Shown: piece by piece, positions 43,255 through 53,329 of the stretch
Layout: each line of letters starts with the position of its first letter
Numbering within the stretch: the stretch's first letter is position 1
Made by a program: the position numbers and the translations under genes
The notes under the pieces: model-generated
Database searches by the model: none
What the model saw: the letters and a program-made list of their open reading frames with translations, nothing else
What the model was told of the DNA's origin: nothing
IMG/VR virus record: IMGVR_UViG_3300010352_001405
Coordinates: 32,001 to 96,000 of that record
Reading direction: 5' to 3' (one strand)
DNA length: 64,000 bases
DNA from: a virus
Taxonomy: Duplodnaviria > Caudoviricetes

Positions 43255-43300
43255 TAAATTAATTTTTATTTTATTTAAAACCAAAAGGGCTCCGCTTCTT

Positions 43301-44977
43301 TTATCCTGCACCACCACCACCAACTGTATCAACGTTTATGTAAGATCTAGCATCACTCGGTTGTGATTGATCTTGAGATACTCCGACCGTAGAATTAATA
43401 CCAGATGCCGTTGAATTATTGCTAGGTTCAGTCCCCCCATTCAACGAATTAATAGAATAAACTCTTTTATAACCATTATTAAACATTTTTTCCAATTCAC
43501 TCCTGCCTAAAGGTCTTCCTAATTCACAATCTATTTTAACGTCAATTCTGGCTGACATATCATTAAATCCTAAATCGTCACTCATTTTCACATCTACATT
43601 CTTAACAACTATATTTCCAATATTTATAATTGGGGAATACGGATTTCCTATAGTTAGATGCCATGGCGTAGTGTTTATACCGCACATTAAAGCTATTGAA
43701 CCTTTTAATGGCCATCTGAATTTAAAAACTGTACCAGCCAATAAAGTAGTAGAAATATTGTTTATGGCATCTCCAACACTTGCACTCGGGTCCGGCATTT
43801 TAAATCCTCCCGCTAATTTAGATTTCCCATCATTGTCAGTACCCCCTTTTTGTTTTCCATTAGTGTCAGCTTTAACTCCACCGCCTAAATCGTTCACAAA
43901 TTGGGTAACACCTTGAACAAAAGCATCTACCATGGCCTTTAAAAAATTAACAAAATTGTCTTTGCCATCAGAAGAAGATCCATTTACTGCACCGATTAAT
44001 TTTTGAAGAGCAGGACTATTGCCCAACATAAATCTTTGTTCTGATGTTCCCATTTTAAATAAATTACTGAGTATATCTAACATAGCCATACCAGGATCTA
44101 TTCCATTGATATATTTTTGTTCATATGATGTTTCTAAATTTAAATTTAAAGTTGATGATAAAGATTGTTGACCGCTAGTGTCTCTCATTTTTGCTGTTCT
44201 TAATACGTTTGGATCACCAGTCGGCACAAATGTCGCACTATAGTCATCAGTTAATCCCATAGCATTTAACATTCCCCATAATAGACCTTGAGACCAACCA
44301 GGAACGCTCATTATATTTTCGGCTCCTTTTATACCCATGTCCTTTAATATATTATTAATCACTTTATCTAATGTTTCTGTTTGATCTGTCCACACTTCAT
44401 TAAAACTAAAACTCAATAATTCTGAATCATCTTTTGGTTTTATCCAACCAATAACAGTAGATATCGGTTCGACTGCTTTTCCCCATGCTAATAAATTATT
44501 AGGTACTATTGCATTATCTGAAAATCTTCTAAGTATCCATAGTCTATTTATTGGATATACACCCAAATCCTTCAAATAAGCGAAATCGCCTGCTTTCAAT
44601 TTTAAAGCTTTTGTTTGTTGTGTAGTAAAATAATTTATTAAAGAAATATATGGATCCTCATTAGAATCATCGAACATATATACGTTATTCTTTAAATAAT
44701 TTATTATTTCTACAGTCCCTGATGTTTTTGGATTTTTATAAACCAAAATTGCACTTTCAGTGGCTGGATCTGTTTTATCTGTATTTTGTCCACTTTTAAC
44801 AAATTGACTTCCTTTTAAATCTAAATTAGTTGTATTTTTTTTTCTTGGTTTTATTTTTGATATTCTATTATAAATATCACCTTTGTTCATATCTCCGAGA
44901 CTACCATCCTCTTTAACGTTTCTATTATTGAAATTTTCCAAACCCGGGCTAAAAATAAATCCAATTTCTGAATGCAC
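43301..44977 (-). CDS. Putative baseplate/tube-initiator structural protein
   Basis: 558 aa, first gene of the baseplate operon; PWHLTIGNP...IGN...LGFND. Confidence 0.5.
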   Translation of the reverse strand: MHSEIGFIFSPGLENFNNRNVKEDGSLGDMNKGDIYNRISKIKPRKKNTTNLDLKGSQFVKSGQNTDKTDPATESAILVYKNPKTSGTVEIINYLKNNVYMFDDSNEDPYISLINYFTTQQTKALKLKAGDFAYLKDLGVYPINRLWILRRFSDNAIVPNNLLAWGKAVEPISTVIGWIKPKDDSELLSFSFNEVWTDQTETLDKVINNILKDMGIKGAENIMSVPGWSQGLLWGMLNAMGLTDDYSATFVPTGDPNVLRTAKMRDTSGQQSLSSTLNLNLETSYEQKYINGIDPGMAMLDILSNLFKMGTSEQRFMLGNSPALQKLIGAVNGSSSDGKDNFVNFLKAMVDAFVQGVTQFVNDLGGGVKADTNGKQKGGTDNDGKSKLAGGFKMPDPSASVGDAINNISTTLLAGTVFKFRWPLKGSIALMCGINTTPWHLTIGNPYSPIINIGNIVVKNVDVKMSDDLGFNDMSARIDVKIDCELGRPLGRSELEKMFNNGYKRVYSINSLNGGTEPSNNSTASGINSTVGVSQDQSQPSDARSYINVDTVGGGGAG

Positions 44978-45048
44978 TTTATTAAACTCTTTTTTCTTTA
45001 TATATTAAAAATAACGTTTGCTAAATTAAAATTTTAATATATAAACAC

Positions 45049-45570
45049 ATGATAAAAATATTTGAAAATTTTTTTAATGATATTATTGATTTAGATTTTG
45101 GTGATATTGTCACATATAGAGGAATAAGGAAGCATCATAAAAGAGATGAAAAAGCAATGGTAATGGGCATAAAGTATGATGAAAAAAACGGTCATGCTTA
45201 TTATAGAATTGAATTTTCGGACGGCGGTCAAAAAATATGTAGAGAACAACTTATACAAAAAAGAATTAAAAAAACATATGATGATATAAGGTTCGAATCC
45301 AAAATGAAAAAGAAACCGAGCTATTTATATTACAAAAATATAAATGATGAAACTGGAGGATTTTTATTCGTCAAAGAAAAACAGAAAAAGGAAATAGCTA
45401 GAAAAGAGAAAAAAAGAAAAGAAAGAGAAAAAAAGAGAGAAGAAATTAGATTAAAAATGTTAGATATAGATCCATATGGTGAAGAAGATTGGGGAATGGA
45501 TGATTATGATCCTGAATTAGATGGGCCTAGATGGATGATGAATTGGAGATTAAATTATCATTTGGATTAA
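45049..45570 (+). CDS. SH3-like protein with leader and DPYGEEDW tag
   Basis: MIKIFENF, FGDIVTY, charged helix, then DIDPYGEEDW. Confidence 0.75.
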   Translation: MIKIFENFFNDIIDLDFGDIVTYRGIRKHHKRDEKAMVMGIKYDEKNGHAYYRIEFSDGGQKICREQLIQKRIKKTYDDIRFESKMKKKPSYLYYKNINDETGGFLFVKEKQKKEIARKEKKRKEREKKREEIRLKMLDIDPYGEEDWGMDDYDPELDGPRWMMNWRLNYHLD

Positions 45571-45962
45571 TAATCTTTTAAAATTTGTGAATTATCAAAC
45601 ATATTTATATTAGTAAATATATCATTTTGAATTCTAATATCATCTTTAAATTCATCGAAAAACATCAATATATTAAAATTAGTGTCTGTTTTCAATATTT
45701 TTTTAATTTTTAATATTTCATTTACATCTAATTTTTCGTTTTGAAAGTTTGGAATATAATATATGTCTTTTCCTTTATTTAATGATTGTACTATTCTTGT
45801 ATAAATCATCAAATTAAAATAATCATTATATTTGTTGTCAAAAATTTCATTTTCTTCTAATGCGCTTTTTATATCTATTATAACTTTATTTTTTAAACGA
45901 TTCACTTTACAATATTTGTCCAATTTTTTTCTATTTTTACACATAACTATATAAAAATCCAT
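45567..45962 (-). CDS. Hypothetical protein
   Basis: 131-aa ORF. Confidence 0.65.
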   Translation of the reverse strand: MDFYIVMCKNRKKLDKYCKVNRLKNKVIIDIKSALEENEIFDNKYNDYFNLMIYTRIVQSLNKGKDIYYIPNFQNEKLDVNEILKIKKILKTDTNFNILMFFDEFKDDIRIQNDIFTNINMFDNSQILKDY

Positions 45963-46051
45963 ACAACAAAATTATTTTACTTTATATATATTTAATAAAG
46001 AGTCCAAAGAAAAATAAATTTTTTTATTTAATAAAAAAGAATTGAATAGAA

Positions 46052-47674
46052 ATGTTAATAACGAAAGAAATTGAAGTAAAAATAACAAGACAAAATATCA
46101 ATCATTATAGAAAAATCGGAAAAAATGTTAATTTGAAAGATAATATTATGGTTAAACCAGAAGAGTTGCCAAAAAATTCTCATAAGATTTTAAAAGTTGT
46201 TTGTGATGTATGTGGTAAGGAATTGGATATGAAATGTCAAACTTATAATAAAAGATTATCTTGTTTAAATTATATTACGTGTAAAAAATGCAGCATTGAA
46301 AAAATTAAAAAATTAAATCTTATAAAATATGGAGTTGATAATTTTTTAATCACAGATGAATTTAAAAATAAATCAAATAAAACAAAAATAGAAAAATATA
46401 ACGATATAAATTATAACAACCCTGAAGAAAATAAAAAGACATGTTTATCGAAATATGGAAAAGAATATCCACTACAAGTTGAAGAATTTAAAGAGAAATT
46501 AAAAAAAACCAATTTTATAAAATATGGTAAAGAGTATTATTATAATATTGAAAAATTAAAAAAAACTTGTTTGGAAAGATACGGTGATACAAGCGCTATG
46601 AAAAATGAAAATATTAAAAAAAAGGCTATTAATATTAAAATGAAAAAAAGAATACCGTTATTATCGAAATATGGTATCGTCAATATAAATGAAAATAATG
46701 AATATGTTTGTAATAAAAATCACGTTTTTAATATGAATAAAGGAACCATATCTAGCAGATTGAATTACAAAACAATTTTGTGCCCGATTTGTAATCCATT
46801 GTACTCTAGTAATAGTAGCGGGTATCAAATTCAATTATCGAATTTCATTAAAGAAAATTATAATGACGAAATTTTAATAAATAACAAAAATATAATAGAT
46901 AAAGAAATAGACATTTATTTGCCAAAATTGAAATTGGGATTTGAATTCAATGGTCTTTTCTGGCATAATGAAATTGGAAAAGAAAAAAATTATCATTTAA
47001 ACAAAACAAATTTAGCGGAACAAAAAGGAATTAAACTCATCCAAATATACGAGGACGATTGGTTATATAAACAAAATATCATTAAATCCAGAATACTGAA
47101 TCTTTTAAATAAAACTCCAAATAAAATTTATGCTAGAAAATGTACAATAGAAGAAATCGAAAACAATAAATTAATTAGAGATTTTCTACAAAATAATCAT
47201 TTACAAGGATACATTGGTTCCAAAATAAAAATTGGACTTTTTTATAATAACGAACTCATTTCTTTAATGACTTTCGGTAATTTTAGAAAAGCTATGGGTC
47301 AAAAATCACTAGAACATTCATATGAAATGTTAAGATTTTGTAATAAACTAAATACTAATATTATAGGTGGAGCAAGTCGTTTATTTAAATATTTTGTAAA
47401 AAAATATAAACCAATTGAAGTAATTAGCTATGCTGATCGTAGTTGGTCTTCGGGTGATCTATACAAGAAATTAGAATTTATTCTAGTTAACAAAACCCAA
47501 CCTAATTATTATTATATTATTGACGGTATTAGAAAACATAGATTTGGTTTTAGAAAAGACATCCTTGTGAAAAACGGTGCAGATCCAAATAAAACAGAAC
47601 ACGAAATAATGTTGGATCGAAAAATATATAGAATATATGATAGTGGAAATTTGAAATTTATTTTTAAACAATGA
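46052..47674 (+). CDS. Putative homing endonuclease, paralog of 6383..8098
   Basis: CDVCG, KT...KYG repeats, EIDIYLPKLKLGFEFNGLFWH, YADRSWS. Confidence 0.75.
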   Translation: MLITKEIEVKITRQNINHYRKIGKNVNLKDNIMVKPEELPKNSHKILKVVCDVCGKELDMKCQTYNKRLSCLNYITCKKCSIEKIKKLNLIKYGVDNFLITDEFKNKSNKTKIEKYNDINYNNPEENKKTCLSKYGKEYPLQVEEFKEKLKKTNFIKYGKEYYYNIEKLKKTCLERYGDTSAMKNENIKKKAINIKMKKRIPLLSKYGIVNINENNEYVCNKNHVFNMNKGTISSRLNYKTILCPICNPLYSSNSSGYQIQLSNFIKENYNDEILINNKNIIDKEIDIYLPKLKLGFEFNGLFWHNEIGKEKNYHLNKTNLAEQKGIKLIQIYEDDWLYKQNIIKSRILNLLNKTPNKIYARKCTIEEIENNKLIRDFLQNNHLQGYIGSKIKIGLFYNNELISLMTFGNFRKAMGQKSLEHSYEMLRFCNKLNTNIIGGASRLFKYFVKKYKPIEVISYADRSWSSGDLYKKLEFILVNKTQPNYYYIIDGIRKHRFGFRKDILVKNGADPNKTEHEIMLDRKIYRIYDSGNLKFIFKQ

Positions 47675-47714
47675 TCAATTTAATCAATATATTTATAAAA
47701 ATAATCATTTTAAT

Positions 47715-48944
47715 ATGGCAAAACAAATGAAAAAAGATGATGGATTCAATTTTTCGAAAATATCTAATGTTATAGATAACTTATCAAAAAAATCAATGAT
47801 AACTATAGATAATTTAAAAAAAGAAAGATCTTATATAAACACTGGAATTTATATTCTTAATGCTCTTTTATCAAAAAGTATTTTAAAAGGAGGACTTAGT
47901 AAAAATAGATTTACTATACTCGTAGGACCTACTCAAACAGGTAAATCTTATATATGTTTAAATATAGTTAGAAACGCTCAAAAAGAAGGATATAACGTCA
48001 TTTATATAGATACAGAATTTTCTATTGAAAACAGCGATTTTGATATGTTTGGAATTGATGTATCAGATCAAAATAAATTTATGTTAATTAGAAGTAATAA
48101 AGTAGAAAATCTTAAAATATTCTTAGCCCAATTATTAGACGAATTAAAGAAACAAAAAGAAAAAGGCGAAGACGTTTCCAAAACTATTTTTGTCATTGAT
48201 AGCCTAGGAGCACTAGCATCAAAAAAAGAAGTAGACGACGCCATAAAAGGCAATGATAAACAGGATATGAGTAGAGCCAAACAGATTAAGTCATTGATGA
48301 GAATAATCATTGATGATTTGGGATATCTAGGTGTGCCTTTATTAGCGACTAATCATCAATACTTGAGTCAAGATTTATTTCCTGTAGCTATCCAAACTGG
48401 TGGAGAGGGTTTAAATTACTTGGCTTCTACTATAGTTTTCTTATCAAAAGCAAAACTTGAAGATAAGGATAGGGATGAATTATCGACAGGTTCAACCGGT
48501 TCCATAATCACAGCTTTATCTAGAAAAAATAGATTGGCAAAACCAAAAAAAGTAAAATTTGAAATTGATCACTCAAAGGGGTGTAATTCATATAAAGGAC
48601 TTGAATTCTTCTGTACACCAGAGAATTTTGAAAAAGTTGGCATAGCTAAATTAAAACCAGTCGTTGATAAAAAAACTGGAGAAATTACTTATGTGAGCGG
48701 TTCAAAATGGTATGTCAAACATTTAGATAAAACACTATTTGATAGTCAACTTTATAATGGTAAAGTATTTACTAAAGAAGTATTAGAATCATTAGAACCA
48801 ATTATATATGAGTATTTCAGATATGCATCATATGAGGAATATCAAAAAGAAATGGAAGCTTTAGATGATCAATATGCGGAATTTGAACAAGATGTGGATT
48901 TTGATATCGATGCCGACAATATGGATGATAAATTATTTACATAA
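47715..48944 (+). CDS. uvsX: RecA-like recombinase UvsX
   Basis: GPTQTGKS, YIDTEF, VIDSLGALAS..E, DMSRAKQIKSL.R, TNHQY, GG.G..Y.AS. Confidence 0.92.
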   Translation: MAKQMKKDDGFNFSKISNVIDNLSKKSMITIDNLKKERSYINTGIYILNALLSKSILKGGLSKNRFTILVGPTQTGKSYICLNIVRNAQKEGYNVIYIDTEFSIENSDFDMFGIDVSDQNKFMLIRSNKVENLKIFLAQLLDELKKQKEKGEDVSKTIFVIDSLGALASKKEVDDAIKGNDKQDMSRAKQIKSLMRIIIDDLGYLGVPLLATNHQYLSQDLFPVAIQTGGEGLNYLASTIVFLSKAKLEDKDRDELSTGSTGSIITALSRKNRLAKPKKVKFEIDHSKGCNSYKGLEFFCTPENFEKVGIAKLKPVVDKKTGEITYVSGSKWYVKHLDKTLFDSQLYNGKVFTKEVLESLEPIIYEYFRYASYEEYQKEMEALDDQYAEFEQDVDFDIDADNMDDKLFT

Positions 48945-48972
48945 AAAAAGAGGATTTTAAAGTCCTCTTTTT
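48944..48972. terminator. Bidirectional terminator hairpin
   Basis: aaaaaagaggattt-aaagtcctcttttt between convergent genes. Confidence 0.7.
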
Positions 48973-49022
48973 GTTTTTTGGTACAAAATGAAAATGAAAT
49001 AGATTAATAATAAGTTATTTAA

Positions 49023-49277
49023 TTAAAAAATTATTATATCATCATCATTTTTTTTAGATAATTCTATTAATCCCTTTTCTATAATATTGAAAAATTTTAT
49101 TATATTATCTGGTTCTCCTATAATATTGACATTATAATTAATTTTAATAACTCCGGATATTTTATTTATTTCGATGTTTACGTTACAATTTCTAGCTGCA
49201 TCATACAAATAATGTTTAAACGTATTTTTTATAGCGAAACCGACTGAAATGCGAAAACTGGTTGTTGTTAATTTCAT
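49023..49277 (-). CDS. Hypothetical small protein (an out-of-frame leader starts at 49317)
   Basis: 84-aa ORF; see finding. Confidence 0.55.
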   Translation of the reverse strand: MKLTTTSFRISVGFAIKNTFKHYLYDAARNCNVNIEINKISGVIKINYNVNIIGEPDNIIKFFNIIEKGLIELSKKNDDDIIIF

Positions 49278-49425
49278 TCAAATTATTAAAATCTTTGAAT
49301 TCTTTTAAATTATTCATATATTTTTATTATTATATATTAAAGTAAAAAAATCAGTTTTTAAAACTTCGACGAATAAATTTGATAAAATAATTAATTATAG
49401 ACACTAAAAAAATAAGAGAAAATAT

Positions 49426-50163
49426 ATGAATGAAAATGAAGTAATGAATGCACAAACGGAGAAATTTTTCTTCACTTACATTTTAGACAATCCTACTCAA
49501 TTCTATAAAGTAGAACCTGGATTTTTTAAGAATGAAGATATACAATTTATTTATACTGTTGTAAGAGATGAATTTTTAGTAAGCAAAAATAAAAAAACAC
49601 CATCCCCACAACAAATTGTGGCAATGATAAAACTTCGAGATCCAGAAGAAAAAGTATCCAACAATGTTATCAAATCTATTCTTAAAAATGACAATTCTGT
49701 ACACGATCCAGAATGGTTAGAAAAAAGATTTAAGGCTTGGCGTATGTCAAATTTAATAAAAAACGCCACGTATCAAGGTATTGAAATGATTAGAAATTTA
49801 AAAGACATAGATTATGATAATGTATCTGATGTAGCAGCACAACTCAAATCTGTTTATGCTAATTTATCTTTACTTGAAGATGACGATGAAGATCTGGGAG
49901 CTGATTTCGATGACGCCGAAATGCATAAACAAGAAACATCTAAAAATAAAATATCATCTGGATGGGGAAATGTTGATGTTTTATTACAAGGAGGATGGGA
50001 CAAAGGAACTTTTAACGTATTAATGGGGGAGACAAACGTGGGTAAGTGTTGTATGGGAAAGACAATGGTTTCCATAAAAAATAAAAAAACTGGTGAAATA
50101 AAACAAATTAAAATTGGAGAATTTTATAATTTATTAAAACCAACATTTGTTTCACGTATATAA
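49426..50163 (+). CDS. dnaB: Replicative helicase (gp41/DnaB) N-extein (207 aa) plus IntN (38 aa, from 50047)
   Basis: ISSGW..VD.LLQGG, Walker A GETNVGK followed by CCMGKTMVSIK..., then stop. Confidence 0.9.
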   Translation: MNENEVMNAQTEKFFFTYILDNPTQFYKVEPGFFKNEDIQFIYTVVRDEFLVSKNKKTPSPQQIVAMIKLRDPEEKVSNNVIKSILKNDNSVHDPEWLEKRFKAWRMSNLIKNATYQGIEMIRNLKDIDYDNVSDVAAQLKSVYANLSLLEDDDEDLGADFDDAEMHKQETSKNKISSGWGNVDVLLQGGWDKGTFNVLMGETNVGKCCMGKTMVSIKNKKTGEIKQIKIGEFYNLLKPTFVSRI

Positions 50164-50181
50164 TAATAAAAAAACTTAATT

Positions 50182-51303
50182 ATGGAATGTAAAATTTGTA
50201 ATAAAAAAGTTAATGGAACGAAAGGTTTATCGATACACTTAATCTTATCTCACGAAGTAAATATAAAAGAATATTATGATAAATATTTAAAAAAAGAAAA
50301 TGAAGGTAATTGTTATTTTTGTGGGAAACCGTCTATTTTTTTCAATATGACCAAAGGATATCATAGGATATGTGATTCTAAGGAATGTCTAGGAAAAACT
50401 AGGGCTACTGGAACATACGAATTTTTAATGTACAAATATAATTTATCTAAAGACGAATCTATAAAATTAATGAATGAAAGAGCTTTAGATAGAGGTAAAA
50501 AAATAAAAAGTGGTTTATGGAAATCTTTTGAAAAAAATGAAAACTTTTTTAAAGAAAAATCTAGACAAAGTATTAATTTTTGGTTAAAAAGAGGATATTC
50601 TGAAGAAGAATCTAATAAAATATCAAATGAAATACAAAAAAATATAATTGAAAAAACATCAAAAAAAAGACACGAAAATAAACATTTATATTTAGATGTT
50701 AATCCAACACAATTGGCATATTGGTTAAAAAGAGGATATAGCGATGAAGAATCCAAGAAGAAAATTTCAGATAGACAAAAAACATTTACTTTAGAAAAAT
50801 GTATAGAAAAACATGGTGAAATAGAGGGATTAAAAATATGGAACGAGAGACAAAGAAAATGGAGTGAAAAAATTGAAGAAAAATATAAAAATGGAGATTT
50901 TGTAAAATTTAGAAAAGATATGACTTCATCACCTGAAAATGAATTATTTAAATCTTTGGTAGAAAAATTAAATATTAAAGATAGATCATATTATGGGAAT
51001 AATCAATATTTTAGATATTTTAAAGAGATAGGAAGAACATTTTCTTATGATTTTGTTCATGATAGAAAAATAATAGAATTTAATGGTGATTATTGGCACT
51101 GTAATCCAAAATTTTATAATAAAAATTATTATCATAAATATTTACAAATGACAGCAGAAGAAATATGGGATAATAATAAAATAAAAAATGATATTATTAT
51201 AAAAGAAGGATACGAAGTTTTATCCATATGGGAAAATGATTATAAAAACAATAAAGAAAAAGTAATTCAAGAATGTATAGATTTCTTGAATAAAAAAGAA
51301 TAA
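50182..51303 (+). CDS. Free-standing Vsr-like/EDxHD-type homing endonuclease inside the fractured helicase gene
   Basis: C2H2 finger CKIC...H....H, WLKRGY repeats, YDF...IIEFNGDYWH, GYEVLSIWENDY. Confidence 0.82.
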   Translation: MECKICNKKVNGTKGLSIHLILSHEVNIKEYYDKYLKKENEGNCYFCGKPSIFFNMTKGYHRICDSKECLGKTRATGTYEFLMYKYNLSKDESIKLMNERALDRGKKIKSGLWKSFEKNENFFKEKSRQSINFWLKRGYSEEESNKISNEIQKNIIEKTSKKRHENKHLYLDVNPTQLAYWLKRGYSDEESKKKISDRQKTFTLEKCIEKHGEIEGLKIWNERQRKWSEKIEEKYKNGDFVKFRKDMTSSPENELFKSLVEKLNIKDRSYYGNNQYFRYFKEIGRTFSYDFVHDRKIIEFNGDYWHCNPKFYNKNYYHKYLQMTAEEIWDNNKIKNDIIIKEGYEVLSIWENDYKNNKEKVIQECIDFLNKKE

Positions 51304-51311
51304 ATATAAAA

Positions 51312-52391
51312 ATGTTAAATAATTTTGAAAGAAAATTTATAGATACAATAGAAATAGAAGATTGGCAAGTAGAAACTGATACTGGTTGGTCTGATATAAA
51401 ATCAATTGGGAAAACAATAGAATATGATGAATGGACATTAAAAACTGATATGGGATTAGAATTAACTTGTGCAGACACTCATATAGTTTTTGATGAAAAT
51501 GGATATGAGACTTTTGTTAAAGATTTATATTCTGGTTGTATTATAAAAACTAAATCTGGTTTACAAAAAATCTTGTCTGTTAAAAAAACTGATAAAAAAT
51601 CGAATATGTTTGATTTGCAGTTAAATGATAAAAATCACAGATTTTATACAAACGACATATTAAGTCATAATTCAATGTGGCTCTACAATATCGCTTGTAA
51701 TGCTGCAAATCAAGGAAGAAACGTGGCTGTTATAACTGTTGAAATGTCTCAACGCAAAGTCATGAAACGTCTAGGCGCTATGAGATTGAAAATTGATGTT
51801 GACCAATATGATGATATTAGTAAAGATTCTGTATTTATTAAAAACAAAATAAATCAACTCAAAAATACAAATAATGGTTTATTCAATACTGAATCCCCTG
51901 GCAAAATATTTGTTAAAAAGTTTAATACTGGGGATTGCACAATAGTAGACATAGACAATTATTTAACTAAACTCGAAGAAATGAAGGGAATTGATTTAGA
52001 TTTGGTAGTAATAGATTATATCAACTTAATGTCAGTGAGTAAATTAAATAAAGACATATCTAATAATTTATATATGAAAGGAAAACATTTGGCTGAAGGA
52101 CTCAGGTATATTGCCGATAAATTCAACTTAGCGCTCATAACAGCGACGCAAGTAGATAGGGCCGTATGGGGAGCAAATGACATTAAATTACAGGATGTTC
52201 CTGAGTCTAAAGCTGTAGCCGAAACTGCAGATACTTTTTGGGCAATAATCCGTAATCAAGAAATGAAAAAACATAATAAATATAGATTAAAAATATTAAA
52301 ATTGAGGGATGGCGATCACAAAGAAGAAACAATTTTATTTGATTTTCATCCTAAATTTTTAGTAATTGAAAATGATATAATGGAAGCATAA
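51312..52391 (+). CDS. dnaB: IntC (120 aa, to 51671) plus helicase C-extein
   Basis: CADTH, NDILSHN|SMWLYN, ITVEMS, VIDYINLM, TATQVDR, ESKAVAETAD, LKLRDG. Confidence 0.92.
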   Translation: MLNNFERKFIDTIEIEDWQVETDTGWSDIKSIGKTIEYDEWTLKTDMGLELTCADTHIVFDENGYETFVKDLYSGCIIKTKSGLQKILSVKKTDKKSNMFDLQLNDKNHRFYTNDILSHNSMWLYNIACNAANQGRNVAVITVEMSQRKVMKRLGAMRLKIDVDQYDDISKDSVFIKNKINQLKNTNNGLFNTESPGKIFVKKFNTGDCTIVDIDNYLTKLEEMKGIDLDLVVIDYINLMSVSKLNKDISNNLYMKGKHLAEGLRYIADKFNLALITATQVDRAVWGANDIKLQDVPESKAVAETADTFWAIIRNQEMKKHNKYRLKILKLRDGDHKEETILFDFHPKFLVIENDIMEA

Positions 52392-52418
52392 AAAAGAGAT
52401 GTTTAAAACCTCTCTTTT
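52391..52418. terminator. Hairpin between convergent genes
   Basis: aaaagaga...tctctttt. Confidence 0.5.
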
Positions 52419-53245
52419 TAGTATTTATTAAATTGTTCTATTTTACTAGCATCTATAAATTTTAATAAATCTATAAATCCGCAATAAATAAAAACTTCTT
52501 TTTCTTTTTCGTTTAATTTTGAATATATTTCCCCGGAAATTAAATCATAAATCACTTTATTTGATAATTTATCATATGGGGTTTTTATAAATTTATTTTT
52601 AAATAAATAAAATTTTAATTGATTAAGTCTGGCATATATTTCAGTTGGTTCACTTAAATATTTTATATATGATGTATCTTTTATAGCTGGAATATTCCAA
52701 TCATTACCTGTTATTTTTCTTATGATATATTCTTGTTTTTCTGGTGAATTTGTAAAATTAAATAATTTTACAAAATTTTCTTTGTTATTTGACATATCAT
52801 ATACTACGTGCATTAATTCATGATACATATTATCGGCGTTTGCTAGAGGATCCAATATCATAATATTATGATTAATTATAGCTGCCATTGTTTGAGTATT
52901 AGATATTTCTCTATCTATTGATCTAAAAAGATTATTACAAAATTCGTCGTTTTTTTTATAAAAAACTATTACGGAATCTAATTTTTTAATTATTTCATTT
53001 TTGTTATTTATCCAAGGATCATTAGATACTTTTCTTTTTGCTTCTTCTAGAACTCTTTTATATACGTAATTGTCATTGGCGATATTCAATGTTTTGGCAT
53101 AATTTTGAAAATAATTCATATCATATCTTTTTGGATTATCTCCTTTAATACTATTGAAAATTAAAGCAATATTTAACGCTAAAGTGGCAGCTTTATTCAG
53201 TGTCCCTTCATTTAAATTATTATAATCTTCAAAATTTTTTATCAT
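52418..53245 (-). CDS. Putative zincin metallopeptidase with leader motif
   Basis: HELMH plus downstream EPTEIYAR; N-terminus MIKNFEDYNNLNE. Confidence 0.65.
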   Translation of the reverse strand: MIKNFEDYNNLNEGTLNKAATLALNIALIFNSIKGDNPKRYDMNYFQNYAKTLNIANDNYVYKRVLEEAKRKVSNDPWINNKNEIIKKLDSVIVFYKKNDEFCNNLFRSIDREISNTQTMAAIINHNIMILDPLANADNMYHELMHVVYDMSNNKENFVKLFNFTNSPEKQEYIIRKITGNDWNIPAIKDTSYIKYLSEPTEIYARLNQLKFYLFKNKFIKTPYDKLSNKVIYDLISGEIYSKLNEKEKEVFIYCGFIDLLKFIDASKIEQFNKY

Positions 53246-53295
53246 ATTATTATATATAATTTTTTTAATTATATATTTTTTTGAAAATGTTAAAT

Positions 53296-53325
53296 AAAAA
53301 AACCCTCTAATTAAAGGGTTTTTTT
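53296..53325 (-). terminator. Terminator hairpin after the RNR gene
   Basis: aaaaaaaccct-loop-agggttttttt. Confidence 0.7.
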
Positions 53326-53329
53326 ATTT

